NCBI GenBank assembly: GCA_965214705.1
Contig: CBDCCI010000002.1
Location: forward strand, 1,920,001 to 1,984,000
Length of the DNA stretch: 64,000 nucleotides
DNA from: Alphaproteobacteria bacterium
Lineage (GTDB): Bacteria > Pseudomonadota > Alphaproteobacteria > UBA828
Direction: 5' to 3'
Both the position numbers and the translations under genes were made by a program. Positions 45,675 through 55,229 of the stretch are shown one piece after another (the stretch's first letter is position 1; every line of letters starts with the position of its first letter). The notes under the pieces are model-generated. The model worked only from the letters and a program-made list of their open reading frames with translations. It was not told the DNA's origin and searched no databases.

Positions 45675-47298
45675 CAGTCACTCCGATCTCGGAACGGGGG
45701 CGCCGGATACCAGCGCCCCCGCTCTGTTTGCGGAGCACGTTTCCAAGACATTCGGCGGCGAGAAGGCGCTCAGCGACGTCGCCTTCACGGTTGCCCCACA
45801 GGAAGTTCACGGGCTCCTGGGCCAAAACGGCTCGGGCAAGTCAACTCTGATCAAGATTCTTGCGGGCTTTCATGCCCCGGACACTGGGGCAACCCTGCAA
45901 GTCTTCGGGCGCCCCGTTCCATTGCCTCTGGCGCCCGGCCAATTTCGCGGGCTGGGGCTTGCCTTCGTGCACCAGCATCTCGGTCTCATGCCCAGCCTGA
46001 CCGTGCTTGAAAACCTGATGCTCAGCGAGCTTGCGACGCGCGCCGGCGCCTATATCAATTGGGCACGGGAACGGCAGCGCGCCAGAGAGGTCTTCGCGCG
46101 CTTCGACCTCGACCTGGACCCGTCGGCCAAGGTGGAAGATCTGCCACAGGTGGAGCGCGCGCTCCTCGCGATCGTTCGCGCCTTCGACGACATCCGCGGC
46201 GAACGCGCGGCGCATGACACGCCGGGCATCCTCTTTCTCGACGAGCCCACGCCGTTCCTGCCGAAGGAAGGAGTCAGCCAGCTCTTCGGGCTGGTGCGCG
46301 GCATTGTCGACGAGGGTGCGAGCGTCATCTTCGTCTCCCACGACGTTGACGAGGTTCTCGAAATCACCGACCGTGCCACCATTCTGCGTGACGGCCGCGT
46401 TGCCGGGACCCTCGAAACGGCAAACGCGTTGTACGCCGATTTCGTGGAGCTGATCATCGGACGCCGTATCGAGGCGTTCCAGGCCAAAGCGCACGACCTG
46501 CGCGGGGCGGAAGTCGATGTGGCCGTGAGCGGCCTGACCGGCGGCACCGTCGTCGATCTCTCCGCGGATTTGCACCGTGGCGAAGTTCTCGGCCTGACCG
46601 GCTTGATCGGCTCCGGTTTCGACGAGGTGCCATACCTGTTGTTCGGCGCTTCGCGGGCCGCATCAGGCACGCTCAAGATCCACGACAAGTCATACGATCT
46701 GCATGACATTTCGCCGCAGCGGGCGATGGAGGGAGGCATTGCGCTGCTTCCCGGCGACCGCCTTGGGACGGCGGGCGTTGGCGACCTGACTCTTATCGAC
46801 AACATCACCCTTCCCGTCCTCTCTTCATTCCACAGCCTGACCGGCCTGAAGCGTCGTGCGATGCGGCGCAGGACGTCCGAGCTGGGCAGGGAATTCGACG
46901 TGCGGCCCAACGTGCCGGAGAGGGAACTCGAGTCTCTCTCGGGCGGCAACCAGCAGAAGGTCCTGCTCGCCAAGTGGATGCAGACGAGCCCGTCCCTCAT
47001 GCTGCTGGACGAGCCGACCCAGGGCGTGGACGTTGGCGCCCGGCAGCAGGTCTTCGAGGCAATCCGCGACGTGGCGGCGCAGGGTGCGGCGGTCATCTGC
47101 GCCAGCACCGACTACGGACAACTCGCGGCGATCTGCGATCGCGTCCTGATTTTCGCGCGCGGCCGGGTGGTTCGAGAGCTCGTCGGCAGCGATGTCACCA
47201 AGGACCGCATCGCCGAGCAGACGGTCCTCAGCCTGGCATTGGGCAATCAGGGAGAAGCCGGCACGGCGGGGCACTCAACGGAGCAGGTACATGGCTGA
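45667..47298 (+). CDS. Sugar ABC transporter ATP-binding protein (two domains)
   Basis: GQNGSGKS, LDEPT, LSGGNQQK and DEPTQGVDVG motifs; TTG start inferred. Confidence 0.93.
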   Translation: MSSSHSDLGTGAPDTSAPALFAEHVSKTFGGEKALSDVAFTVAPQEVHGLLGQNGSGKSTLIKILAGFHAPDTGATLQVFGRPVPLPLAPGQFRGLGLAFVHQHLGLMPSLTVLENLMLSELATRAGAYINWARERQRAREVFARFDLDLDPSAKVEDLPQVERALLAIVRAFDDIRGERAAHDTPGILFLDEPTPFLPKEGVSQLFGLVRGIVDEGASVIFVSHDVDEVLEITDRATILRDGRVAGTLETANALYADFVELIIGRRIEAFQAKAHDLRGAEVDVAVSGLTGGTVVDLSADLHRGEVLGLTGLIGSGFDEVPYLLFGASRAASGTLKIHDKSYDLHDISPQRAMEGGIALLPGDRLGTAGVGDLTLIDNITLPVLSSFHSLTGLKRRAMRRRTSELGREFDVRPNVPERELESLSGGNQQKVLLAKWMQTSPSLMLLDEPTQGVDVGARQQVFEAIRDVAAQGAAVICASTDYGQLAAICDRVLIFARGRVVRELVGSDVTKDRIAEQTVLSLALGNQGEAGTAGHSTEQVHG

Positions 47299-48289
47299 AG
47301 GGACCGAGGTATCTGCCAAGGAGAAGGGTGTCGATTGGCTTCTCGTGCTGGAAAAGTACGCGCTGATCCTGGCCTGGATCGCGTTGATCGTGGTTTTCGC
47401 CTTCGTGGCCCCGTCATCGTTTCTCCAATGGCCGACCTTCTCCTCCATCATATTCGGCTCCCAGGCCGTTCTGGTCGTGCTGACCCTGGGCCTGATCATC
47501 CCGCTCACGGCGGGCGACTTCGACGTTTCGGTCGCCGCCGTTCTGACCTTCTCGGCAATGATTCTCGCCGTCCTGAACGCCAAGATGGGCTTGCCGCTCT
47601 GGCAGGCCGTTCTGGCGTGCCTGGCCATGGGGCTGATCGTCGGCTTTCTCAACGCGTTCTTCATTATCTTCTTTCGAATACATTCCTTGATTGTGACCCT
47701 TGGCACGGCATCGGTCATCCAGGGGCTCATCCTGTGGATCAGCAGCTCGCAAACGCTGAGCGGCGTGTCTCCCGGCCTGATCGACTGGGTCATCGTCAAT
47801 CGTCTCTTCGATATTCCGCTGGCCTTCTACTACGCGATGGCTCTGGGTGTGATCATTTGGTACGTCTTCGAATTCACGCCCATCGGCCGGCGCCTCCTGT
47901 TCGTGGGCCGCGGACGCGAAGTCGCCCGCCTATCCGGTATCAGCGTGGTGCGCGTCCGCGGCGTTGCTCTCGTGGCGTCCAGCGTCATCGCCACGCTCGC
48001 CGGCATCATCAACGTGGGCACCACGGGCGGCGCCGACCCGCTGTCAGGCCTCACCTTCCTGCTCCCGGCCTTTGCCGCCGCGTTTCTCGGCGCGACGAGC
48101 ATTGTTCCCGGACGGTTCAATCCGCTGGGCTCGATCATCGCGGTGTTTTTCCTGGTCACCGGCATCACCGGGCTCAACTTCCTGGGCGTCGACACGTTCG
48201 TGCAGAACATGTTCAACGGTGCCGCGCTGATCCTGGCCGTGTCCCTCTCGCAGCTCGTGCGCGGTCGGAAGGAGCAGGGGCTGACCTGA
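47291..48289 (+). CDS. Sugar ABC transporter permease
   Basis: GDFDVS, SLIVTLG and AAAFLGATS motifs; multiple TM segments. Confidence 0.93.
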   Translation: MAEGTEVSAKEKGVDWLLVLEKYALILAWIALIVVFAFVAPSSFLQWPTFSSIIFGSQAVLVVLTLGLIIPLTAGDFDVSVAAVLTFSAMILAVLNAKMGLPLWQAVLACLAMGLIVGFLNAFFIIFFRIHSLIVTLGTASVIQGLILWISSSQTLSGVSPGLIDWVIVNRLFDIPLAFYYAMALGVIIWYVFEFTPIGRRLLFVGRGREVARLSGISVVRVRGVALVASSVIATLAGIINVGTTGGADPLSGLTFLLPAFAAAFLGATSIVPGRFNPLGSIIAVFFLVTGITGLNFLGVDTFVQNMFNGAALILAVSLSQLVRGRKEQGLT

Positions 48290-48374
48290 CCGGCGCACGA
48301 ACTCAAAGTCCGATACACCGCGCCATGTCGCTGCCGGACGTGGCGAGCCCCATGTCGGGCTCAGGCGCGACCGT

Positions 48375-48872
48375 TTAACCCGGCTCCTCGTGGAAGAAGC
48401 GGAGCCGGTGAGCGGCGACACGGCCGAAGCGAATCGCCTGCTTGCGGCGGAGCCCCTGGGCCATGGACTGGAGCGGCGCATCGCGCCTGATCTCGGCGCC
48501 GAAGCGGTCGGCGACAATGATGCCCACGTCATTCGGCAGCACGTCGAGGGGGAAGGCGTCGCCCACCGCGAAGTAGAGCCGGTCGCAATGGTTTCGATAG
48601 TCGCCCCACTTGGTGTCGGCCCGAAAATCGGCGAGCCCGCTCTTGATCTCGACGATGACGAAGCGGCCCTTGCCGTCCTGCCCCAGCACATCCGCCCGCC
48701 GGCCGGTGCCGAGTGGCACTTCCACGAGCGGGCAGATCCCCATCTCGTCTAGCAGCCGGCACACGCCACGGGCCAGCCCCTCCGCCCGGCCCTCGGCCAC
48801 GCAGGGGCGCGCGAGGTCCAATGCAAGCTGAGCAGACGCGGACTCGGAGACGGAAACGGACATGAACACCAC
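48375..48872 (-). CDS. mmcB: MmcB family DNA repair endonuclease
   Basis: GRRAD, IVEIKS..ADFRAD.KW..Y..HCD and A..RL motifs. Confidence 0.9.
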   Translation of the reverse strand: MVFMSVSVSESASAQLALDLARPCVAEGRAEGLARGVCRLLDEMGICPLVEVPLGTGRRADVLGQDGKGRFVIVEIKSGLADFRADTKWGDYRNHCDRLYFAVGDAFPLDVLPNDVGIIVADRFGAEIRRDAPLQSMAQGLRRKQAIRFGRVAAHRLRFFHEEPG

Positions 48873-49045
48873 GGTCGTGATTGACCCGATGTTCCTAGTT
48901 TAGTCCAATTTGAGTCTTTTTGTATCCCTCAGACGCCGGGCGCTCGCTCCGCTCGCTTGGCTTTCGCGCCTTACGGCGCGCGGCGCAGTCGCGCCGTCCG
49001 GGCCTTCGGCCCGGCTCTCTTCATATTCCAGCCCCGCCGCGCCCG

Positions 49046-49795
49046 TCAGGCGTGGTCGAATTGGGCCGGCTTCTCCTTGCCGAGGCGGGTCCAGTATTCC
49101 GCCGGGATCAGCTCGGGCTTCTTGTAGAAGTGCCAGCGGCAGGGCTTGGCGTGATCGGGGTCGAAGTCGGTGACCCAGAGCGGCGCGCCGCCCCACTCGA
49201 TCGGCAGGATTTCGTTGAGGGCGCAGTGGACGCAGTAATAGGGCACGTCCTTGCGGCCCCAGCTCCACCAGTGCGCCTCCTGGGTCGCGCCGAAGTTGTA
49301 GGGCGGGCCGAGGCGCGAAGGGGTCTGGTCCACCGGGTCGCCGCGGCGCATGCGCCCGCCACTGCCGCAGGGGTCCATCACGATGGTGTAGCGCTCCGAT
49401 TCCTCCAGCACCTCGATGTCGCCCTCCTGCCGCGGGCCGCAGCGGTGGGCGCGCATCATCTCGGCGGTGAGCGTGACCTGGCGCTCGACGGTCATCTTGC
49501 GGAACCCCTTCCAGGTCCGCTTCATCATCCAGGTCTCCTGTGTCGCACGCAGCATGGCGTAGACCTCGCCCTCGCCGAACTTGCGCCCGATCTTGGTCAG
49601 CAGGTCCCAGACCCAGTCGCAGTAAAGATCGTGCAGGCCCTTCCACTCGTGGATCAGGTTGCGCGCAAGCGTCTTGGCCTCGTCCGTGCGGCCCGCGTCG
49701 ATCGCCTCTTCGATCACCTCCCCGGTGGGCCGGCCGAGATCGTCGAGGTCGTCCTCGCGCAGCACCCGGCCCGCGAAATCGGAAAGCCTGAGCAT
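49046..49795 (-). CDS. Conserved hypothetical protein with putative metal ligands
   Basis: MRAH, DPCGSGG, YYCVHC and PCRW motifs; strong RBS. Confidence 0.8.
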   Translation of the reverse strand: MLRLSDFAGRVLREDDLDDLGRPTGEVIEEAIDAGRTDEAKTLARNLIHEWKGLHDLYCDWVWDLLTKIGRKFGEGEVYAMLRATQETWMMKRTWKGFRKMTVERQVTLTAEMMRAHRCGPRQEGDIEVLEESERYTIVMDPCGSGGRMRRGDPVDQTPSRLGPPYNFGATQEAHWWSWGRKDVPYYCVHCALNEILPIEWGGAPLWVTDFDPDHAKPCRWHFYKKPELIPAEYWTRLGKEKPAQFDHA

Positions 49796-49817
49796 GTCGT
49801 CTCCCCTTCCTTAACGG

Positions 49818-50855
49818 TTATGCGTCCTGCGCGGGGCGGACGGCACCGACGAGGCGGCCCGCCCAGTTGCGCAAGGGCTTGTCCAGCATGTCTGCCAGTG
49901 CCTCCCGGTCGCGGTCGTCGAGAACGCCGAGACGGTCGAGCATGGCCGCGATCGCGGCATCGGCGGCACGGGTTGCGCCGTCCCGCACCTTCAGCGCGAG
50001 CCCGAGGCCGCTCTCGTAGAGCGCCGCGTAGAACACCCCTTCCGCGCCGAACTTGACCAGCACGCGCTCGCCGGCCGTCTCGATGATGCGCGTGCAGGCG
50101 CGGCCGTCGCCCGCGACCATGAAAGGATGGGCTGCCACGGCCCGGCGTACGCGCGCTATCGCGGCTTGGCGCTCCTCCGAGAGACCGGAGGAGTCCGCGA
50201 TGTTGGCCGCGGCCCGTGCGAGCCCGGAGAGCGGCAGACCGATGGTCGGGATGCTGCAGCCGTCGATGGCCCACGGCGCCCGGTCGAGATTGCAGCCGGA
50301 AAGTGCGGCAATCGCGGCCGACACCCGCCGCTGCACCGGATGGTCGCGCGCGATGTAGCCCTGCGTCGGCTCGCCCAGCGCCTGCGCCGTCACCAGGAAG
50401 GCGCTGTGCTTGCCCGAGCACATGTTGTGGACCGCGCGCCCCGCCTCGCCCTCCCGTACGCAGTCATGGGCGGAGGGCGTGTGGTAGGGCAGGTGCGGCC
50501 CGCATTCGAGGTCGTCCTCGCTGAGCCCGGCGCGCGCGAGCCAGCCACGCACGACTACGACATGGGCCGGCTGGCCGTTGTGCGAGGAGCAGGCGAGCGC
50601 GACCTCCTCGTCAGTCACCGCATAACTCTCGGCGGCTCCGCTCTCGAGCAGCGGCAGGACCTGGACCGACTTGATGGCGGAGCGCGGATAGACCACCGCA
50701 TCAGTCTCGCCCCAGCCGTGGACGAGGCGCCCGGCCGGATCGACCACCGCCGCATCCACCAGGTGCCGGCTCTCCACCGCCGGGCCGCGGGTGCATTCGA
50801 CCACGAACGGCCCCTGCCGTTCCGTTCCCAACCTAGCCTCGCCTTGCTGCTGCAT
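49818..50855 (-). CDS. L-asparaginase II (Rhizobium-type) family
   Basis: VESRH, PRSAIK, CSSHNG, HNMCSGKH, DGCSIP and K.GAEG motifs. Confidence 0.9.
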   Translation of the reverse strand: MQQQGEARLGTERQGPFVVECTRGPAVESRHLVDAAVVDPAGRLVHGWGETDAVVYPRSAIKSVQVLPLLESGAAESYAVTDEEVALACSSHNGQPAHVVVVRGWLARAGLSEDDLECGPHLPYHTPSAHDCVREGEAGRAVHNMCSGKHSAFLVTAQALGEPTQGYIARDHPVQRRVSAAIAALSGCNLDRAPWAIDGCSIPTIGLPLSGLARAAANIADSSGLSEERQAAIARVRRAVAAHPFMVAGDGRACTRIIETAGERVLVKFGAEGVFYAALYESGLGLALKVRDGATRAADAAIAAMLDRLGVLDDRDREALADMLDKPLRNWAGRLVGAVRPAQDA

Positions 50856-50892
50856 CTGGCCGTTGCGAGAGCGTAGCACGCCGGCGTCTCGG

Positions 50893-51741
50893 CTACGTGT
50901 CGCTGGCCGCCGTCAGCACCTCGCTCGCCCACCACAGGCGCCGCGCGGTCTCCGTATCGCGCGAGGCGCGTGACGATCGGACGGGCTTGCGTTTCACGAA
51001 GTACTGCCCGCTCACCTCGGCAAGCTCAGGCGCGGTGGCGAGATAAATCATCGTGTCCGCGCCGCGCTCGGGAGTGAGCACGAGCGGGCTGGTCAGGATG
51101 AAGCGCATCCAGCGCGGAATGTTGCGGAAGATACCCGTTGCGACGACGCCGGGGTGCAGGCAGTTGGCGGTGACGCCGGTGCCCTCCAGCCGTCGCGAAA
51201 GTTCGAGGGTGAAGAGAATGTTCGCGAGCTTGGAGCGGCCGTAGGCGCCGAAGCCGGAATAGCGCCGCTCGCCCTGCAAATCTTCCAGGTCGAGGGTGAA
51301 GCTCTTGTGCGCTGCGGAGCTCACGGTCACCACACGCGACGGCGCGCTCGCCTTGAGCCTGTCGAGCAGAAGGTAGGTCAGCAGGAAGGGTGCCAGGTGG
51401 TTCACCGCGAAGGTCGCCTCCAGCCCGTCTTCGGTCACGAGCCTGGTGCCCCAGCCGGCGACGCCTGCGTTGTTGATCAGCACGTCGAGGCGATCGAACC
51501 GCTTCAGGAAGGCAGCCGCGACCTCGCGCACCTGCCGCTGGGACGCGAGGTCGGCGATGAGCAGTGCCGCATCACCGCCGCGCTGCCCGATCTCCTCCAC
51601 CACGGCGGAGCCGCTGGCGTGGTTGCGGCAGATGAGCACGACCGTCGCGCCCCGCCCTGCGAGGTCGATGGCCGTTACCCTGCCGATCCCCGAGTTCGCG
51701 CCCGTGACGACGCAGACTTTTCCGTGCATTTCAGCTTGCAT
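50893..51741 (-). CDS. Short-chain dehydrogenase (retinol dehydrogenase-like)
   Basis: TGANSGIG, NNAG, VNHLAPF, YGRSKLAN and HPGVV motifs. Confidence 0.92.
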   Translation of the reverse strand: MQAEMHGKVCVVTGANSGIGRVTAIDLAGRGATVVLICRNHASGSAVVEEIGQRGGDAALLIADLASQRQVREVAAAFLKRFDRLDVLINNAGVAGWGTRLVTEDGLEATFAVNHLAPFLLTYLLLDRLKASAPSRVVTVSSAAHKSFTLDLEDLQGERRYSGFGAYGRSKLANILFTLELSRRLEGTGVTANCLHPGVVATGIFRNIPRWMRFILTSPLVLTPERGADTMIYLATAPELAEVSGQYFVKRKPVRSSRASRDTETARRLWWASEVLTAASDT

Positions 51742-51782
51742 CGGCGATGCTCAATGCGGCCGTTCCGAGGCGCTCGCGGGCA

Positions 51783-52580
51783 TCAGGCTGCAGCGGCGGC
51801 AGGCGCGAGAATTTGGAGCGCGGGCGCGTGCAGCCGGCGGTCGCCCACCGCCAGCACCTGGCCGTCGGCGCCGACCGGGCCGCCACTCCACGAGGTCACG
51901 ACGCCGCCGGCGCCCTCGACGATGGGAATCAACGCCGCGATGTCCCAGGGGTTCATGCTCGCCTCGACCACGAGATCGACGAAGCCGGCGGCGAGCATCC
52001 CGTAGGCGTAGCAATCGGCGCCGAAGCGGCGGAGACGCACCCGCGCGGCAAGCGCCTCAAACGCGGCAAGCTCGGCCGGCGTGAACATATTGGGCTCGGT
52101 TGCATAGAGAGTAGCCCCGGCCAAATCAGGACACGAGCGCACGGCAAGACGCCTGTCGCCCAGGTAGGCGCCCTCGCCGTGGCCGACAAAGCGCTCGCGC
52201 AGGAAAGGCTGATCCAGCACGCCGATAATGCCTCGGCCGCGGTCCTGCAGCGCGATCAGCGTGCCCCAGGTCGGCATGCCGGAGATGAATGCCTTGGTGC
52301 CGTCGATGGGGTCGATGACCCAGGTGAAGCGGGCATCCGGGCGCTCGTACCCGTGCTCCTCGCCGAGGATGCCGTGGTCGGGGCAACTCTCGTTGATCAG
52401 CGCGCGAATCGCGGCCTCGGCCTCGCGATCAGCCGCCGTGACCGGCGAGTAGCCCGCGATATGGTCCTTGTCTTCGATCGCAAGTGATTGCCGGAAATAG
52501 CGCAGAATGACCGCACCCGAGGCATCGGCCAGCCGATGAGCCAGGGGAAGAAAATCGCGCCAGGCTTCCGTGTCCGCCAC
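51783..52580 (-). CDS. hisN: Histidinol-phosphatase (inositol monophosphatase family)
   Basis: PVTAADR, GEE, WVIDPIDGTKAF, DCYAY and WDIAA motifs. Confidence 0.85.
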   Translation of the reverse strand: MADTEAWRDFLPLAHRLADASGAVILRYFRQSLAIEDKDHIAGYSPVTAADREAEAAIRALINESCPDHGILGEEHGYERPDARFTWVIDPIDGTKAFISGMPTWGTLIALQDRGRGIIGVLDQPFLRERFVGHGEGAYLGDRRLAVRSCPDLAGATLYATEPNMFTPAELAAFEALAARVRLRRFGADCYAYGMLAAGFVDLVVEASMNPWDIAALIPIVEGAGGVVTSWSGGPVGADGQVLAVGDRRLHAPALQILAPAAAAA

Positions 52581-52751
52581 ACCCTTTTCCTCTGTTTCTG
52601 CATGAGGGCCTGACCATAGCAGCACGGCCCCGCGGCCCGCCATCGTGGTACTGAATGGCAAGAGGAGACGGCGCTTGCACGGTCGCATCGTTTGGCCGAC
52701 GCTCAGGCCGCTTGAGAAACAGAGGCAACGGATTCGGCACGGAGCGATCGT

Positions 52752-55229
52752 ATGCACCGCGTGTTTCGCCAAATGCTGCCCATCCGCCCATGTCTCGTGT
52801 TCCCGCTGATCGCGGTCTTCATGGCCGTAGTAATGGCGGGTCCCGCGCAAGGCGGCGACGCCGGCGCGGACACCTCCGTGGGCAGCCTGATTTCGAGCGT
52901 GCCGGTGGGCAATTTACGGCCCGTGACCGTGATCGACCGCGACGACATTGACCTTTCCGGCATGCGCAACGTCTGGGACCTCCTGCGTAGCCGGGACGAG
53001 TTCAACTACTTCGGCCTGCACCGCCCCTTAAAGCTCGGGGGCCTTCGTGCCGCGATCCTGATCAACGGCCGGCGCATTTCAGACTCGTACTTTGATCTGG
53101 ACGCGCTGCCCATATCGGCCATCGAGCGTATCGAGATTCTCAGCTCCAGCGCTGTTGCCATTCATGGGGCTCAAGCCATCTCCGGCGCGATCAACATCGT
53201 GCTGAGGAGCGGCTTCGAGGGAGTCGAGGCCCAGGCTCACGGCGAAAGTCCACGAGACTCCGGCGGTGAGGCAGGTGTTGCCTCCGCGCTATGGGGCGGC
53301 AGCATCGGCGCGGGACACCTGATCGTCGGGGCGGATGTCTTCAACCGCAACGAGGTTCGATCCGTCGATCGCACCTACAGCCGCGCCTCGTGGACTCCCG
53401 GCGGCTCCTTCGACGACGCGCACGGCGTCTCGGTGGCCGGCAATACGGCCATCGTCTTCACGGAGGAGGGACCGGTTGCCCGCTCGCTCGGCCCCTGCGA
53501 GGGCAGCCAGTACACTGGCCCGCTTTCGGAACCCTACGGCATCCCCGGCGAGGGATGCGGGTTCGCCTACGGCAACATCGAGTGGAACTGGGAACGGCGG
53601 CAACGGGAAACTGCGTTCCTCATGGGGGATTACCCGGTCGGCCAAGACCTGTCGGTCTATCTCGATGCGCGCGTGGCCGACAGTGACTACACAAGCCTAT
53701 ACATGGCCCCGTTGCCCGACAGGCTCCCCCTCGGCGGTGGTGGCTTCGTCCTCCACCGCTTTGTGGGCCACGGCGATCGCGTCTGGCGCTGGACGGCGCA
53801 AGAGCATGACATCACGCTTGGCGTCGAAGGGCGCCTCACGGACGATATCCGCTATGACGCGCACCTGCGCTCGTTCTCGAACGACGACATTTTGCAGGGC
53901 GGAACCTTCGTGCACGAACCCGCAATTCTGGAGGCTATAGCAGCCGGCAGCTACGATCTCCGCAACCCGCTTTCCACCGATCCCGGCCATCTCGAGGTAG
54001 TCCGGGACACGGGTGTCACCCGCTTCGTCGACAACCTCACGAGGCGCAGCGAAGCGCGGGTCGCGCTCGATGGATCGAGCTTTTCCATCGGCGGCCGGCC
54101 TATCGGCTGGGCGGCGGGAGCGGAGTGGGTTCGCGAGAGCCGTGAATGGCTCACGACGTACGTCAGTGGTGCCGGGGACGTGATCGAGGAACAGAGCGAC
54201 GTTATCGGCTCTTTCGGCGTCAGCTTCACCGGGGAGCGCGACAGCGTCTCGCCATTCCTGGAGGTTTCGCTCCCGCTCCACCGGATCTGGGACGTCGGCC
54301 TCGCCGGGCGCTACAGCGACCATGACGACGTCGGCGCGACCACCGCAGCGCAAATGGAAACGGTCTTCGAGCTGAGCCCGGACTTCGCGCTCCGGGGCAA
54401 TTGGAGCATGGCCGACAGGGCCCCGTACCTGGGCGGCCTGCACACGGCACGCGTCACGTCAGTTCCCCGCATCTACGATCACGCGACGGAGCGGCGCTAC
54501 CAGGTGGAGGCGGTCAACTTCGGGAACCCCGACCTCGAGCCGGATCGGGGCGAGAGCTACGGTGCGGGAATCGTCACCAAGCTCGGCCCCGTCTCGCTGA
54601 GCGCCGACTGGTACTGGACCAAGCTTTCCGAGCTGCTGACGGTCGTCGGCGCGCAGGACATCGTCGACTACGAGCACGAACACGGGTCATTGCCGCCGGG
54701 CACCGTCATCCACCGCGCGCCGCCGCTCGTTCCTGACACGCCGGGGCTGATCACAAGAATAGAAAAGCCGATCCTCGGCGACGGCGAGGTCGATATTTCA
54801 GGCTTCAACGTCCATGCCCACACGGCGTGGTCGGCCGATTGGGCGGATTTCGACCTCGACGCCCGCTGGTCTCATGTACAGGACTACGAAGAGCGCGCCC
54901 TCGACTTCGTGGGGCCGGACGACTTTGCCCGTAACCGTCTCCACGTCACGCTGAGCGGCACGCGGGGCAAGGTCACGGCGCAGTGGAGCGTCTACGGGAC
55001 AACCGGCTACAGAGGGAGTGTCGGTCGCTTCGGCTCGTGGGTGGGCCACGACGTTTCCGTGCGCTGGCGCAACCCTTACGAGTTCGATGGCGTCGAGCTC
55101 ATGGGCGGCATTTTCAACGCCTTCGACGCCGAACCGTCGATCAACCCTGAGATTCCCGAGGATCCGGACGAGAGCCTGGATTCGATTCGCGGGCGGACGT
55201 TCTTCGTGACCGTCAAGAAGGTCTGGTGA
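52752..55229 (+). CDS. TonB-dependent receptor
   Basis: Signal peptide, plug motifs (PVTVIDR, ILINGRR, IERIEIL, GAINIV), GNPDLEP and a C-terminal aromatic residue. Confidence 0.9.
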   Translation: MHRVFRQMLPIRPCLVFPLIAVFMAVVMAGPAQGGDAGADTSVGSLISSVPVGNLRPVTVIDRDDIDLSGMRNVWDLLRSRDEFNYFGLHRPLKLGGLRAAILINGRRISDSYFDLDALPISAIERIEILSSSAVAIHGAQAISGAINIVLRSGFEGVEAQAHGESPRDSGGEAGVASALWGGSIGAGHLIVGADVFNRNEVRSVDRTYSRASWTPGGSFDDAHGVSVAGNTAIVFTEEGPVARSLGPCEGSQYTGPLSEPYGIPGEGCGFAYGNIEWNWERRQRETAFLMGDYPVGQDLSVYLDARVADSDYTSLYMAPLPDRLPLGGGGFVLHRFVGHGDRVWRWTAQEHDITLGVEGRLTDDIRYDAHLRSFSNDDILQGGTFVHEPAILEAIAAGSYDLRNPLSTDPGHLEVVRDTGVTRFVDNLTRRSEARVALDGSSFSIGGRPIGWAAGAEWVRESREWLTTYVSGAGDVIEEQSDVIGSFGVSFTGERDSVSPFLEVSLPLHRIWDVGLAGRYSDHDDVGATTAAQMETVFELSPDFALRGNWSMADRAPYLGGLHTARVTSVPRIYDHATERRYQVEAVNFGNPDLEPDRGESYGAGIVTKLGPVSLSADWYWTKLSELLTVVGAQDIVDYEHEHGSLPPGTVIHRAPPLVPDTPGLITRIEKPILGDGEVDISGFNVHAHTAWSADWADFDLDARWSHVQDYEERALDFVGPDDFARNRLHVTLSGTRGKVTAQWSVYGTTGYRGSVGRFGSWVGHDVSVRWRNPYEFDGVELMGGIFNAFDAEPSINPEIPEDPDESLDSIRGRTFFVTVKKVW

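Noticed and set aside
45695-45721. Hairpin after the ABC binding-protein gene as a novel RNA
   Set aside because: Ordinary intercistronic stabilising stem-loop position in ABC operons.
48888-48906. SOS box upstream of mmcB
   Set aside because: GTTC-N8-GTCC has the wrong spacing and a mismatch; plausible biologically but not supportable from sequence.
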